Shown here in pieces: positions 9,920-19,631 of a DNA stretch of 64,000 nucleotides. Both the position numbers and the translations under genes were made by a program. The notes below the pieces were generated by a model. The model did not search any database. It had not been told where the DNA came from and worked only from the letters and a program-made list of their open reading frames with translations. Source of the stretch: Pseudomonadota bacterium (GTDB taxonomy: Bacteria > Pseudomonadota > Alphaproteobacteria > Rhodobacterales > Rhodobacteraceae); the NCBI GenBank assembly GCA_040385165.1, contig JAZKHX010000002.1:310370-374369 (forward strand), read 5' to 3'. Numbering within the stretch: position 1 is the stretch's first letter; each line of letters starts with the position of its first letter.

Positions 9920-10567
9920 TCACCCCACGAGACGGCGGAGAAAGGTGGCGAGGTCGTCGGTGTGGTGGTGGATGTGGTCCGCCGGAACGGGATCCGGTGC
10001 GACATGGACGGTCCTCATGCCAAGCGCATGGGGGACAGCGAGGTTTCGCGTGTCGTCCTCGAACATGGCGGCAGCCCTGGGGTCCAGACCGTCCAGTGTG
10101 AAGACGGTGGCAAAGGCCTGGGCGTCGGGCTTGGGGTGGAACGCGGCATGCTCGACCCCGTAGATCGCGTCGAAAAGGGTGCCAAGCCCGCGCGCGGCAA
10201 GGACTTTCTCGGCGTAGGGCCTGCATGCGTTGGTGTAGACGATCTTGCGGCCGGGCAGGGCGGCCACGGCGCGGGCGAGGTCGGGATCGGGCTTGAGGAC
10301 CGAGAAGTCGATGTCGTGGACGTCCGTGAGGTAGGGGCCCGGATCGACGTCATGTTCGCGCATCAGGCCGGCCAGCGTGGTGCCGTAGGTCTGCCAGTAA
10401 TAGGCGCGCAGGTGATCGGCGCGCGCGCGGTCGACTTTCAGCGCCTGCATGACCCAGTCGGTCATCTTGACCTCGATCTGGTCGAAAAGCCGCATGTGGG
10501 GCGGGTAAAGCGTGTTGTCGAGGTCGAAGACCCAGGTGGAGACGTGGCTGAAGTGCTGCTTTGGCAT
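9920..10567 (-). CDS. HAD-superfamily hydrolase, pyrimidine 5'-nucleotidase-like
   Basis: Trimmed to ATG 10567. HAD motif I is FDLDNTLY. 215 aa. Confidence 0.8.
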   Translation of the reverse strand: MPKQHFSHVSTWVFDLDNTLYPPHMRLFDQIEVKMTDWVMQALKVDRARADHLRAYYWQTYGTTLAGLMREHDVDPGPYLTDVHDIDFSVLKPDPDLARAVAALPGRKIVYTNACRPYAEKVLAARGLGTLFDAIYGVEHAAFHPKPDAQAFATVFTLDGLDPRAAAMFEDDTRNLAVPHALGMRTVHVAPDPVPADHIHHHTDDLATFLRRLVG

Positions 10568-10678
10568 GGGCAGGGATGTAGTGCGGGGCTGCGGCCTTGG
10601 GAAGGGTTGATCGCGGGGGGCCGCGCGGCTTATGGTCCGGGCCGCGCCTGCGGGGACAGGGGCAGGGGGATCCGGACT

Positions 10679-11314
10679 GTGCAGAAAGACGCCTACACGC
10701 TTTTGATGGAAGCAATCGAGGCCGGGGTCTACAAGCCCGGCGACCGGCTGGTGGAAAGCGAGCTGGCCGAACGGCTGGGGGTCAGCCGCACGCCGGTCCG
10801 CGAGGCGTTGCAGCGGCTGGAGACGCAGTCGATGCTGACGCGGGACGGGCGCAGCCTGATCGTGGCAAGCCTTGACCACAACCAGCTTGCCGAACTCTAC
10901 GCGGTGCGCACCGAACTGGAGGGGCTCGCGGCGCGGTTGGCGGCGCGGCATGCGACGCCGGAAGAAGTGCGCGTCCTGAAAAGCATGGTCGCCGAGGACC
11001 GTGCGCTTCTGGGCGGCGATCCGCGGGCTTTATCCCGTGCGAACAAGAGGTTCCACAAGCAAATTCATCTTGCCAGCCACAACAGGTTTCTGGTGCAGCA
11101 GCTGGATCTTGTGCATCGCAGCATGGCCCTGATGGCGAACACGTCCTTTGCTGCCGAGGGGCGCGACGAGGTGGCGCTGGTGGAACATGCCCAGATCGTC
11201 GCGGCGATCGAGGCCGGGGACGGCGATGCGGCCTATGCGGCGCTGCGGTCGCACATCAGTCAGGCTTTCGAGACCAGGTTGCGGGTGGACGCGGGGGAGT
11301 TGCGGACCCGCTGA
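10679..11314 (+). CDS. GntR/FadR-family transcriptional regulator
   Basis: wHTH ELAERLGVSRTPVREALQRLE plus an FCD-like C-terminal domain. GTG 10679 chosen (GGGGGA upstream). The upstream part of the track ORF is antisense to the HAD gene. Confidence 0.75.
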   Translation: MQKDAYTLLMEAIEAGVYKPGDRLVESELAERLGVSRTPVREALQRLETQSMLTRDGRSLIVASLDHNQLAELYAVRTELEGLAARLAARHATPEEVRVLKSMVAEDRALLGGDPRALSRANKRFHKQIHLASHNRFLVQQLDLVHRSMALMANTSFAAEGRDEVALVEHAQIVAAIEAGDGDAAYAALRSHISQAFETRLRVDAGELRTR

Positions 11315-11344
11315 GAGCGGCGCACCGGCGGCGGTAGGGCGGGA

Positions 11345-13213
11345 TCACTCCTTGCTGTCGTCCGCCGGGTCGAACAGGCCGTGCGTGGTCTTGTCCCAAT
11401 AGAACGGGCGCGTCGCAAGCTCCATCAGGCCCTTGTAGGCCGCCAGCGACGCCAGCGGGTAGTAGAGTTTCAGCGTCAGCACCCACAGAAGGCTGAGGCC
11501 ATGGGTGGTGCGGCCAAGGCCGAGCGCGCCGATGACGATGTTGGCGGCCTCGGACAGGAAGAACGTTCCGCCGATGACCCAGAGGGCAGGCCCGGGCAGG
11601 ACCGCATAGAGCGGATGGCTGAAGCCGAAGGGCAGCAGCATGAACGACCAGAGCAGGGGCGCGAGCAGGAACTGCGCGATGGTGCCAAGGAACAGCACCT
11701 GGAAGCCCAGAAAACCCTTCGGGCCCAGCTGCCGCCAGAGAAGCCGGGGCTGCCGCATGTGGACGGCCCAGGTCATGATGTAGCCCTTGATCCAGCGCGA
11801 GCGTTGCTTGATCCAGGGCAGCGGGCGGCAGTTCGCCTCTTCCAGGGTGACGGTCCCGATCAGTTCGGTCCGGTAGCCGTGGCGGGCGAGGCGGATGCCG
11901 AGATCGGCATCCTCGGTGACGTTGTGGGCATCCCAGGCCCCCAGCCGGTCCAGCACGTCGCGGCGGAAGAACAGCGTCGTGCCGCCCAGGGGGACGACAA
12001 GGCCCAGACGGGCGAGGCCGGGCAGGATCAGTCGGAACCAGCCGGCGTATTCGATGGTGAAGCAGCGCGACAGCCAGTTGGTGCGCGGATTGTAGTAGTC
12101 GAGCATGCCTTGCAGGCAGGCGACCTCGGGTCCCGATCTCTGGAAGCGTTCCACGACGCATCGAAGCTGGTCGGGTTCCGGCGCGTCCTCGGCGTCGTAG
12201 ACCCCGACGATGGCCCCGCGCGCATGGTCAAGCGCGTGGTTCAGCGCGCGCGGCTTGGTCTTGACCTGGCCTTCCGGCACGATGACGACGCGCATCCAGG
12301 GCGGAAGTTCAGCCCGGGCGAGGGCGTCGAGGGTGACGCTGTCCTCGGCCTCGACGACGAGGATGACATCCAGAAGCTCGGCCGGGTAGTCGAGGCGCGC
12401 GAGGCGGCGCACGAGGCGGGGGGCAATGTCGGCTTCGCGGTAAAGCGCCACGATGATCGAGACGACGGGCGCAATCCCGTCGCTGGCGGGCTGTGGCCCG
12501 GGGGCGGGCGCGCGCAGGGCGGCAATGGTGGCGGCAATCTTGAGGATGACGATGCAGACCAGCGACAGGATCGCAAAGCCAAGCGCCGCAAGTCCGGTGG
12601 CAAGCGGCGCAAGCCCGAGGGCCAGAAGCATTGCCGCGATGGCTGCCATTGCCCCCGGTGCCTGATGCAGGCGGGGCCAGGAACGGCAGCTTTCGGCGTC
12701 GGCCACCCGGGTTTCGGCGGCGCGGGCCAGAAGGTCGCCGCGGCGGGCGTGCAGCGCGGTCAGGATGGCGCGGGGGGCAGCGATCCCGGCGGCGACCGGG
12801 CCAAGCCGTGCCTCGAGCATGGGGCGGAGGCGATGAAAGTCCTCGGGCCGGGAGGTGGCAACGATGGTCACATCGCCGACCCGTCGCCAGGGCACGAGGC
12901 CGTGGCGGAGGCAGTCCTGCGGGCCGACGGCGTCGATCAGGCGGGGATCGGGGAGTGCGGTATCGAGATCGATCAGCCTGAGGCCCCAGTTCCGGGCATC
13001 CACCCCGAGAAGGTCACGTTCGACGACAAGGCCGCGCGCGCGCAGGACATCGGGCAGACGTCCGGCCTCACGCCCCTGATGTGAGAGGGCGGTGAGCATC
13101 GCTTCTGGCGCGACAACGCCTGCGCGCAACAGCGAGGCACCGACGGCAAAGCGGCGGTGCCCCCGGGGCGCGGGGGCGGCAGGCTGGTCGATGATGCGTT
13201 CGGCGGCACCCAT
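11345..13213 (-). CDS. processive family-2 glycosyltransferase with N-terminal MshEN/T2SSE_N domain
   Basis: 622 aa. The N-terminus has two 24-aa MshEN-like motifs separated by a 5-aa spacer. These are followed by TM helices, a GT2 core (VYDAEDAP, QRSRW) and C-terminal TM helices. Confidence 0.85.
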   Translation of the reverse strand: MGAAERIIDQPAAPAPRGHRRFAVGASLLRAGVVAPEAMLTALSHQGREAGRLPDVLRARGLVVERDLLGVDARNWGLRLIDLDTALPDPRLIDAVGPQDCLRHGLVPWRRVGDVTIVATSRPEDFHRLRPMLEARLGPVAAGIAAPRAILTALHARRGDLLARAAETRVADAESCRSWPRLHQAPGAMAAIAAMLLALGLAPLATGLAALGFAILSLVCIVILKIAATIAALRAPAPGPQPASDGIAPVVSIIVALYREADIAPRLVRRLARLDYPAELLDVILVVEAEDSVTLDALARAELPPWMRVVIVPEGQVKTKPRALNHALDHARGAIVGVYDAEDAPEPDQLRCVVERFQRSGPEVACLQGMLDYYNPRTNWLSRCFTIEYAGWFRLILPGLARLGLVVPLGGTTLFFRRDVLDRLGAWDAHNVTEDADLGIRLARHGYRTELIGTVTLEEANCRPLPWIKQRSRWIKGYIMTWAVHMRQPRLLWRQLGPKGFLGFQVLFLGTIAQFLLAPLLWSFMLLPFGFSHPLYAVLPGPALWVIGGTFFLSEAANIVIGALGLGRTTHGLSLLWVLTLKLYYPLASLAAYKGLMELATRPFYWDKTTHGLFDPADDSKE

Positions 13214-13258
13214 GCCGGTCCCCCTGGACGTTGCAGGGGTCAGAGTGCGCGCTCAGGG

Positions 13259-13274
13259 TTAACAGCCGGTTAAC
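13259..13274. promoter_or_regulatory. perfect CtrA-box consensus TTAA-N7-TTAAC
   Basis: TTAACAGCCGGTTAAC lies 46 nt upstream of the GT2 start codon, in the carA-GT2 intergenic region. It can also fold as a 7-bp hairpin. Confidence 0.45.
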
Positions 13275-13291
13275 CGCAATCAGGGTCCGGG

Positions 13292-14446
13292 TCAGGCGGC
13301 GCGGCGGGACTGCATTTCGGCGGCGAAGCGTTCAAAGAGGTAGAAGCTGTCCTGCGGCCCGGGCGAGGCTTCGGGGTGATATTGCACCGAGTAGACCGGC
13401 TTGCCATCGACGGCGATACCGCAGTTGGTGCCGTCAAAGAGGCTGACGTGGGTTTCCGACACGCCCTTCGGCAGGGTGTCGGCGTCCACGGTGAAGCCGT
13501 GGTTCATCGAGGTGATCTCGACCTTGCCGGTGGTGATGTCCTTGACCGGGTGGTTCGCGCCGTGATGGCCGTGGTTCATCTTGCGGGTCTTGGCCCCAAG
13601 CGCCAGGGCCAGCATCTGGTGGCCAAGGCAGATGCCGAACAGGGGCAGGTCGCGGGCCAGCACGCCCTGGATCATCGGCACGGCATAGCTGCCGGTTGCA
13701 GCCGGGTCGCCGGGGCCGTTCGACAGGAACACGCCCTCGGGGTTCAGGGCCAGAACGTCCTCGGCGGTGGCGGTGGCGGGCAGGACAGTGACTTCGCAGC
13801 CAACCGAGGCAAGGCAGCGCAGGATGTTGCGCTTGGCACCGTAGTCGATGGCGACGACGCGGAAGCCGGGGCCTTGGCGCGTGGTGTAGCCCTCGGGCCA
13901 GGCCCAGCGTTTTTCGTCCCAGCGGTAGCTTTGCGCGCAGGTCACGTCCTTCGCCAGATCAAGGCCGACAAGGCCCTTCCAGGCGCGGGCTTTCGCCACC
14001 AGCTTTTCGATGTCGAACTTGCCCGACGGATCATGCGCCAGCGCCACATGCGGCGCACCCTGCTGGCGGATGGCGCGGGTCAGCCGACGGGTGTCGATGC
14101 CGCCGATGCCGATGCGGCCGATCTTCAGCAGCCAGTCGGTGAGTTCACCGGTCGCGCGCCAGTTCGAGGGCTCTGTCGGGTCCCACTTGACCACCATGCC
14201 GGCGGCGGCGGGGGTTCCCGTCTCGTCGTCTTCGGGGGTGACGCCGGTGTTGCCGATATGGGGGAAGGTGAAGGTCACGACCTGGCCCGCATAGGAGGGG
14301 TCGGTCATGATCTCCTGATAGCCGGTCATCGCGGTGTTGAAGACAAGCTCGGCCACCGTTTCGCCTGTGGCGCCGAAGCCCTGGCCGTAGAAGAGGGTGC
14401 CATCGGCCAGAGCGAGGCAGGCGGTAGCATCGCGCGGGGCGGGCAT
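13292..14446 (-). CDS. carA: carbamoyl-phosphate synthase small (glutaminase) subunit
   Basis: 384 aa with GATase catalytic region GICLGHQ. Full-length CarA pattern. Confidence 0.95.
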   Translation of the reverse strand: MPAPRDATACLALADGTLFYGQGFGATGETVAELVFNTAMTGYQEIMTDPSYAGQVVTFTFPHIGNTGVTPEDDETGTPAAAGMVVKWDPTEPSNWRATGELTDWLLKIGRIGIGGIDTRRLTRAIRQQGAPHVALAHDPSGKFDIEKLVAKARAWKGLVGLDLAKDVTCAQSYRWDEKRWAWPEGYTTRQGPGFRVVAIDYGAKRNILRCLASVGCEVTVLPATATAEDVLALNPEGVFLSNGPGDPAATGSYAVPMIQGVLARDLPLFGICLGHQMLALALGAKTRKMNHGHHGANHPVKDITTGKVEITSMNHGFTVDADTLPKGVSETHVSLFDGTNCGIAVDGKPVYSVQYHPEASPGPQDSFYLFERFAAEMQSRRAA

Positions 14447-14627
14447 GGGCGACTCTCCATTTGGCGAATTGCGCGGAAACTACGGGGGGAGGGGCGCTGG
14501 GTCAAGGGCGGATGCGAAAAGGATTGTTTAGCAATATCAGAGGTTTGGCTTTTGGGGTCGCAGTTGCGGTCGGGGTCCGTTCGGGGTAATCTGCAAAACT
14601 TGGGGAAACTACCGGAAAGTCCGAACC

Positions 14628-15086
14628 ATGCTTTTGCGCGACCGTCTGCAGACGGCCCTCAAAGAGGCCATGAAGGCCAGAGAGGCCGACCGGCTGTCCA
14701 CGCTGCGCCTGATCAACGCCGCCATCAAGGACCGCGAAATTGCGGTTCGCGGCGACAGCGATGCCGGAGAGGTGGGCGAGCCCGAAATCCTGCAGATCAT
14801 GGGCAAGATGGTGAAGCAGCGCCAGGAATCGGCCCGCGCCTACGAGGAAGGCGGGCGGCTGGAACTGGCGGAGAAGGAACTGGCGGAAATCGGCGTGATC
14901 CAGGAATTCCTGCCGCGCCAGATGGAACAGGCCGAGGTCGCAGCCGCGGTCGATGCGGCGGTCGCCGAAACCGGGGCTGCCAGCATCCGCGACGTGGGCA
15001 AGGTGATGGCGGCGCTCAAGGCGCGCTATACCGGCCAGATGGATTTCGGCGCGGTGGGGGCACTGGTGAAGGGACGGCTGGGGTAG
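14628..15086 (+). CDS. GatB/YqeY domain protein
   Basis: 152 aa, LRDRLQTALKEAMKAR..LSTLRLINAAIKDREI, typical of the YqeY family. Confidence 0.85.
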   Translation: MLLRDRLQTALKEAMKAREADRLSTLRLINAAIKDREIAVRGDSDAGEVGEPEILQIMGKMVKQRQESARAYEEGGRLELAEKELAEIGVIQEFLPRQMEQAEVAAAVDAAVAETGAASIRDVGKVMAALKARYTGQMDFGAVGALVKGRLG

Positions 15087-15115
15087 AACCTTCCCAGCCG
15101 CGTTCGTTCAAATGT

Positions 15116-15508
15116 CTATTCGGGGTATTGCCGTGCGGCCTTGGCCGACCCGAGCTTGCCGCCCGATTTCTTGCTTTGTGCCGTCGCGGTCCATTCGTAG
15201 GTGTGCGAACCATCCGGAGGGCAGGGACTTTTGTATTTGAAGGCCCCGGGTTCGATCACTTGCTGCCCATCGTAGGCAACGACCCCGCCACCATGAACGA
15301 ACTCAGGAACGTCGGTATCGACCAGCTTGAACCGGATGTATTTCGTTCCTTCCGGCACATCCGTCAGCACGAAACGCGGATTGGCGACGGTATTGGGGTT
15401 TCCGGACGTGCAGGACTTCAGGCCGTCCCAGGTGAACTCGATCTCGAAAGCCGAGGCGGGACCACCGAGGACAAGGACTGCGGCGGCGGCAATTGCAAAC
15501 TTGAACAT
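15116..15508 (-). CDS. periplasmic PEBP (YbhB/YbcL)-like protein
   Basis: Trimmed to ATG 15508 (AAAGGAGAA upstream). Signal peptide present. The CPPDGSHTYEW motif resembles PEBP CPPxGxHRY. Confidence 0.5.
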   Translation of the reverse strand: MFKFAIAAAAVLVLGGPASAFEIEFTWDGLKSCTSGNPNTVANPRFVLTDVPEGTKYIRFKLVDTDVPEFVHGGGVVAYDGQQVIEPGAFKYKSPCPPDGSHTYEWTATAQSKKSGGKLGSAKAARQYPE

Positions 15509-15562
15509 GATTCTCCTTTTGGTTCGCGGAGATTGCACCCTGCCTGTCGCCGGAGCGGAACG

Positions 15563-16048
15563 TCAACCGAGTGTTTGCAGGCGGGCCTGCAGGTCGTCGC
15601 GCAGCGCCACCCGTTCCTCTTCCGACAGGAAGGCCCCGAGTTCCACCTCGCGTCCCTCGCCTTTCAGCGTGAGGTAGTTCGGCACCGGACCGCCGGTTTC
15701 GTGCAGGGTCAGCCGCAGCCAGTAGGGGTTGGCTTCCCAATCCTGGCGCTTGCCCTTTGGGCCATGGCGGGCAAGCGTGATCCGGTCGGGGGTGATGCGC
15801 AGATCCTCGACGATGTCGCGGTCGCGGCCGTTCTTGCGCAGGGCGAACCAGACCGCCCAGATCGCCGCGAGGAGGAAGGGCAGCAGCACCCAGAGGACAG
15901 GGGTGCCGACAAGGCCGGTCAGGGGCAGGCCGATCAGGGCGGCAGTCACGCCGATGAACCAGACAAAGCCGCGCTGGCTGAGCGATCGGTGCGGCCAGAG
16001 GTGGAGGCGTTGCTCGTTTCCGTCGGACGGCAGCCATTCGTAAGGCAT
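15563..16048 (-). CDS. DUF2244-like membrane protein associated with cytochrome oxidase subunit I
   Basis: Only the C-terminal 161 codons of the 625-aa track ORF are credible. Two TM helices follow RSLSQRGF. Sits in ctaD neighbourhood. Confidence 0.65.
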   Translation of the reverse strand: MPYEWLPSDGNEQRLHLWPHRSLSQRGFVWFIGVTAALIGLPLTGLVGTPVLWVLLPFLLAAIWAVWFALRKNGRDRDIVEDLRITPDRITLARHGPKGKRQDWEANPYWLRLTLHETGGPVPNYLTLKGEGREVELGAFLSEEERVALRDDLQARLQTLG

Positions 16049-16065
16049 CGGCGGTTCCCGGGATC

Positions 16066-17037
16066 CTACTTCGGCAGGCCTGCAAGGAAGCTCGCCAACG
16101 CTGCGCCGTAAGCCGCCGGATCTTCGGCGTAGGATCCAAGGTGATCGGCGCCGGTCCAGAGTGTCACGGTGGGCGCGGTCCGCGCGGCGGCCAGAGCTTC
16201 GCTCGGGGCAAAGGGCACCAGGCGGTCGCCGGTGCCATGGGCGATGAAAAGCGGGCCGGGGAAGGCCTGGTAGACCTGGGCGACCTCGGCCTTGGCAAGG
16301 TCGAGCCCGGTCTGCCAGGGGATGAGAAGCCCGGCGACGAAGGCGACGACCCCGGGGAGCGGCTTGCCGGACTGCGCGGCCAGGTGGCCGATCACGGCCG
16401 CGAAGCTGAGCGCGGGGCTGTCGAGTGCCACGGCCTTGACCCGCCCGGCCAGCGGGCTTTGGGCAAGGAACTGGCCAAGGATCGCGGCACCCATCGATTC
16501 GGCGACCACGAGGACGCCGGGGCTGGTATCCTCGGGTGCCATGTAGGCGACGGCGGCCTGCAGGTCCGGCCATTCCAGAAGGCCAAAGCCGTAGCGGCCG
16601 CTGGGGTCGGCGGGGGCGTTGGCGTCGTTGCGATAGCTGATCATGAGCACGGACCAGCCGGCCTTGTTCAGGACCGACAGCGCGCGGTAGCCATCCTCGC
16701 GGGAACCGTCGATGCCGTGGACATAGATCGCGCGGCCCGTCTCGGCCCCGGCCGCGGGAACCAGCCAGGCCTCGGCGGTGCCAAGCGGCGTTTCCAGCGG
16801 CACGGTCTGGAAAGGCAGGGACAGCGCGGCCATGGGATCGCCCCGGTAGCCCAGGGTCAGGGGATCGCTCGGCGTGTCCGCGGCGGCCAGTTCCCCGCCG
16901 AGCGAGGCGACCCGGAGAATCGCTGCCGCGCTGTGGGAAAGAAAGAAGCCGGTGATCGCGAGGTAGCCCGCAAGGGCGGCGGCGGCAATGGTCGCCACGA
17001 ACAGGACTATGCGCATCAGGAGCCTCTTGCCAGTCAA
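16066..17037 (-). CDS. membrane-anchored alpha/beta hydrolase
   Basis: 323 aa, N-terminal TM helix, nucleophile elbow AESMG. Confidence 0.75.
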   Translation of the reverse strand: MTGKRLLMRIVLFVATIAAAALAGYLAITGFFLSHSAAAILRVASLGGELAAADTPSDPLTLGYRGDPMAALSLPFQTVPLETPLGTAEAWLVPAAGAETGRAIYVHGIDGSREDGYRALSVLNKAGWSVLMISYRNDANAPADPSGRYGFGLLEWPDLQAAVAYMAPEDTSPGVLVVAESMGAAILGQFLAQSPLAGRVKAVALDSPALSFAAVIGHLAAQSGKPLPGVVAFVAGLLIPWQTGLDLAKAEVAQVYQAFPGPLFIAHGTGDRLVPFAPSEALAAARTAPTVTLWTGADHLGSYAEDPAAYGAALASFLAGLPK

Positions 17038-17088
17038 ATGAACAAGGCCCCGGGCGCTGGTCCCGGGGCCTTGATGTGTCCGCGCCGA

Positions 17089-18765
17089 TCAGTGGGCGTG
17101 GCTTTTGTCCCAGTCGGACTGCTTGGGCAGCTGCTCGAACGTATGTTCGGGCGGCGGGCAGGGCAGGGACCATTCCAGGGTGTCGGCGTATTCGTTCCAG
17201 TAGTTGTTCACCGTGATCCGGCGGCCCCACAGGAGGGTGTAGAACACGATGCCGAGGAAGAAGACGAAAGAGGCGAACGAGATGAAGGCGCCGACCGACG
17301 AGAACCAGTTCCAGTAGGCGAATGCCTCGGGATAGTCGATGTAGCGGCGCGGCATGCCCTGGCGGCCCAGGAAGTGCTGCGGGAAGAAGGTCAGGTTCGA
17401 CCCGATGAACATCAGGAAAAAGTGCAGCTTGCCCGCCCATTCCGGGTATTGGCGGCCCGACATCTTGCCGATCCAGAAGTAGACCCCGGCGAAGATCCCG
17501 AACACGGCACCCAGGCTCATCACATAGTGGAAGTGCGCCACGACATAGTAGGTGTCATGGTAGGCACGGTCGACAGGGGCCTGGCTCAGGACGATCCCGG
17601 TCACGCCGCCGACGGTGAAGAGGAAGAGGAAACCGAAGGCGAAGAGCATCGGGGTCTTGAACTCGACCGAGCCGCCCCAGATCGTCGCGATCCAGGAAAA
17701 GATCTTCACCCCTGTCGGCACCGCGATGACCATGGTCGCCAGCATGAAGTAGGACTGCTGGGTCAGCGACATGCCGACGGTATACATGTGGTGCGCCCAG
17801 ACGACGAAGCCGAGGACTCCGATCGCCACCATTGCGTAGACCATCGGCAGGTAGCCGAAGATCGGCTTGCGCGAGAAGGTCGAGATCACCTGGGAGATGA
17901 TCCCGAAGGCCGGGATGATGATGATGTAGACTTCCGGATGGCCGAAGAACCACAGGATGTGCTGGTAAAGCACCGGGTCGCCGCCGCCCGAGGGCGTGAA
18001 GAAGGTGGTGCCGAAGTTGCGGTCCGTGAGCAGCATGGTGATCGCCCCGGCAAGGACCGGAAGGGCCAGAAGGATCAGCCAGGCGGTCACGAAGATCGAC
18101 CAGCCGAACAGCGGGACCTTGTGCATGGTCATGCCGGGGGCACGCATGTTCAGGAAGGTGGTGATCATGTTGATCGCGCCGAGGATCGACGAGGCACCCG
18201 ACAGGTGGACGGCGAAGATCGCGAGGTCCATCGCGTAGCCGCCCTCGGCGGTGGTCGACAGCGGCGGATACAGCACCCAGCCGCCACCAAAGCCCGAGCC
18301 GAGGTCTCCACCGCCGCCCGGGGCAAGCATCGATGCCACGCCAAGCGAGACGCCCGCGATGTAGAGCCAGAACGACAGGTTGTTCATCCGCGGGAACGCC
18401 ATGTCCGGCGCGCCGATCTGCAACGGCATGAAGTAGTTGCCGAAGCCGCCGAACAGCGCGGGAATGACCACGAAGAACATCATCAGGACGCCGTGATAGG
18501 TGATCATCACGTTCCACAGGTGCCCGTTCGGGGTGCAGACCTCGCTGGATGCGATGAAGCGCGCGCCCTCCTGGCACATGTATTGCACGCCCGGATACAT
18601 CAGTTCGAGCCGCATGTAGACGGTGAAAAGCACGGCGATCAGGCCGACGAAACCACCGGCAAAGAGATAGAGGATCCCGATGTCCTTGTGATTGGTCGAC
18701 ATGAACCAGCGGGTGAAGAACCCGGGCTTGTGGTGTTCGTGGCCGTGGATGGCTGCGTCCGCCAT
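17089..18765 (-). CDS. ctaD: cytochrome c oxidase (aa3) subunit I
   Basis: [30 protein letters not shown].. is almost collinear with Rhodobacter CtaD. Trimmed to ATG 18765 (558 aa). Confidence 0.97.
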   Translation of the reverse strand: MADAAIHGHEHHKPGFFTRWFMSTNHKDIGILYLFAGGFVGLIAVLFTVYMRLELMYPGVQYMCQEGARFIASSEVCTPNGHLWNVMITYHGVLMMFFVVIPALFGGFGNYFMPLQIGAPDMAFPRMNNLSFWLYIAGVSLGVASMLAPGGGGDLGSGFGGGWVLYPPLSTTAEGGYAMDLAIFAVHLSGASSILGAINMITTFLNMRAPGMTMHKVPLFGWSIFVTAWLILLALPVLAGAITMLLTDRNFGTTFFTPSGGGDPVLYQHILWFFGHPEVYIIIIPAFGIISQVISTFSRKPIFGYLPMVYAMVAIGVLGFVVWAHHMYTVGMSLTQQSYFMLATMVIAVPTGVKIFSWIATIWGGSVEFKTPMLFAFGFLFLFTVGGVTGIVLSQAPVDRAYHDTYYVVAHFHYVMSLGAVFGIFAGVYFWIGKMSGRQYPEWAGKLHFFLMFIGSNLTFFPQHFLGRQGMPRRYIDYPEAFAYWNWFSSVGAFISFASFVFFLGIVFYTLLWGRRITVNNYWNEYADTLEWSLPCPPPEHTFEQLPKQSDWDKSHAH

Positions 18766-18904
18766 TGGCGTCCTCCGCTTTGGTCGTTCCGTTGTGCCGT
18801 TTGCCGCCCGCGACCGGGGGCCCGGTTCCCTTGTGCTCCCGTCTTTAGCCGTGCCGACGCAAGGTCGCAATGCACGAGTTTGCCGCAGGGGACAGAAATC
18901 GCGG

Positions 18905-18946
18905 CGAAAATGCAAAGGGCGCGGCCCCGGACCGGAGCCGCGCCCT
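18905..18946 (-). terminator. rho-independent terminator after the cytochrome c gene
   Basis: 10-bp stem AGGGCGCGGC / GCCGCGCCCT followed on the minus strand by TTGCATTTTCGCC. Confidence 0.6.
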
Positions 18947-18968
18947 GATGGATGGCCGCAAGGCTGGA

Positions 18969-19379
18969 TTACTGGGCGACCGAAGCCAGGTAGGCTGCCA
19001 CATCCGCGCCACCGCTGGCCAGCTTGAAGGACATCTTGGATTTGGCCGCGTCATCGCCAAGCGCGGTTTTCAGATAGGCCGAGGGATCGGCGGTGTAGGC
19101 TGCAAGGCTGGCTTCGTCCCACACCGCCCCGGTCGCCCCGAGCGCCGCGAGCGACTCGCCATATTTGAAGTCCGGGTCCGAGGCGATGCCGCGTCCGATC
19201 ACGCCGTAGAGGTTCGGCCCGGTGCGGCCGCCTTTCTGGATCTCGGTTCCGTCGGGAGCGATGACCGAGTGGCAGGCCTTGCACTTCTTGAACGTGTCCT
19301 CGCCCGCAGCCGCTTCCTGCGCGGAGGCAGGGGCCGCAAGCGCCGCGACGGTCAGGCCAAGAAGGATGAACTTCGTCAT
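18969..19379 (-). CDS. cycA: soluble cytochrome c2-type cytochrome
   Basis: Signal peptide, CKACH heme motif, and strong resemblance to Rhodobacter cytochrome c2 (..GPNLYGV.GR.., ..AAYLASV..). Confidence 0.8.
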   Translation of the reverse strand: MTKFILLGLTVAALAAPASAQEAAAGEDTFKKCKACHSVIAPDGTEIQKGGRTGPNLYGVIGRGIASDPDFKYGESLAALGATGAVWDEASLAAYTADPSAYLKTALGDDAAKSKMSFKLASGGADVAAYLASVAQ

Positions 19380-19631
19380 GATGTCCTCGTGTTGATCAAA
19401 GAGCGCGACAGTTGCTCTCGTAGGGCGGAAGATGGGGTCGAGATGGCCTGATATGCAATAGCAACAAGGTCGCAGGCCCCGAAGAAGGGGCTGTCACGGG
19501 ATGGGCCTGCCGGACGCCCGGAGGTCTGCAGGCCGCGGGCTGGCTCCGGGCCGTCGGCGCAGAGAGACAGGGCAACGGGCCACGGGCCAGGTGGTCCTGC
19601 GGGCGCCACCCGACTCCTTGGGAAGCTGAAC

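Noticed and set aside
14475-14620. GAAACTAC occurring twice in the carA/yqeY-like divergent intergenic region.
   Set aside because: It is an 8-mer in the same orientation next to oppositely oriented genes, with no symmetry or phasing. It is likely chance.
13376-18948. Two long plus-strand ORFs (13376-16111, 911 aa; 16141-18948, 935 aa).
   Set aside because: They are antisense to carA, ctaD and neighbouring genes, whose identity is certain. They are shadow ORFs.
19380-19631. 252-nt GC-rich gap between lipB and the cytochrome c gene, considered as a possible sRNA or small CDS.
   Set aside because: It has only a weak hairpin (GCCCC-GAAGAA-GGGGC) that could be the lipB terminator, plus the cycA promoter region. 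I could not support any conserved structure or coding signal.
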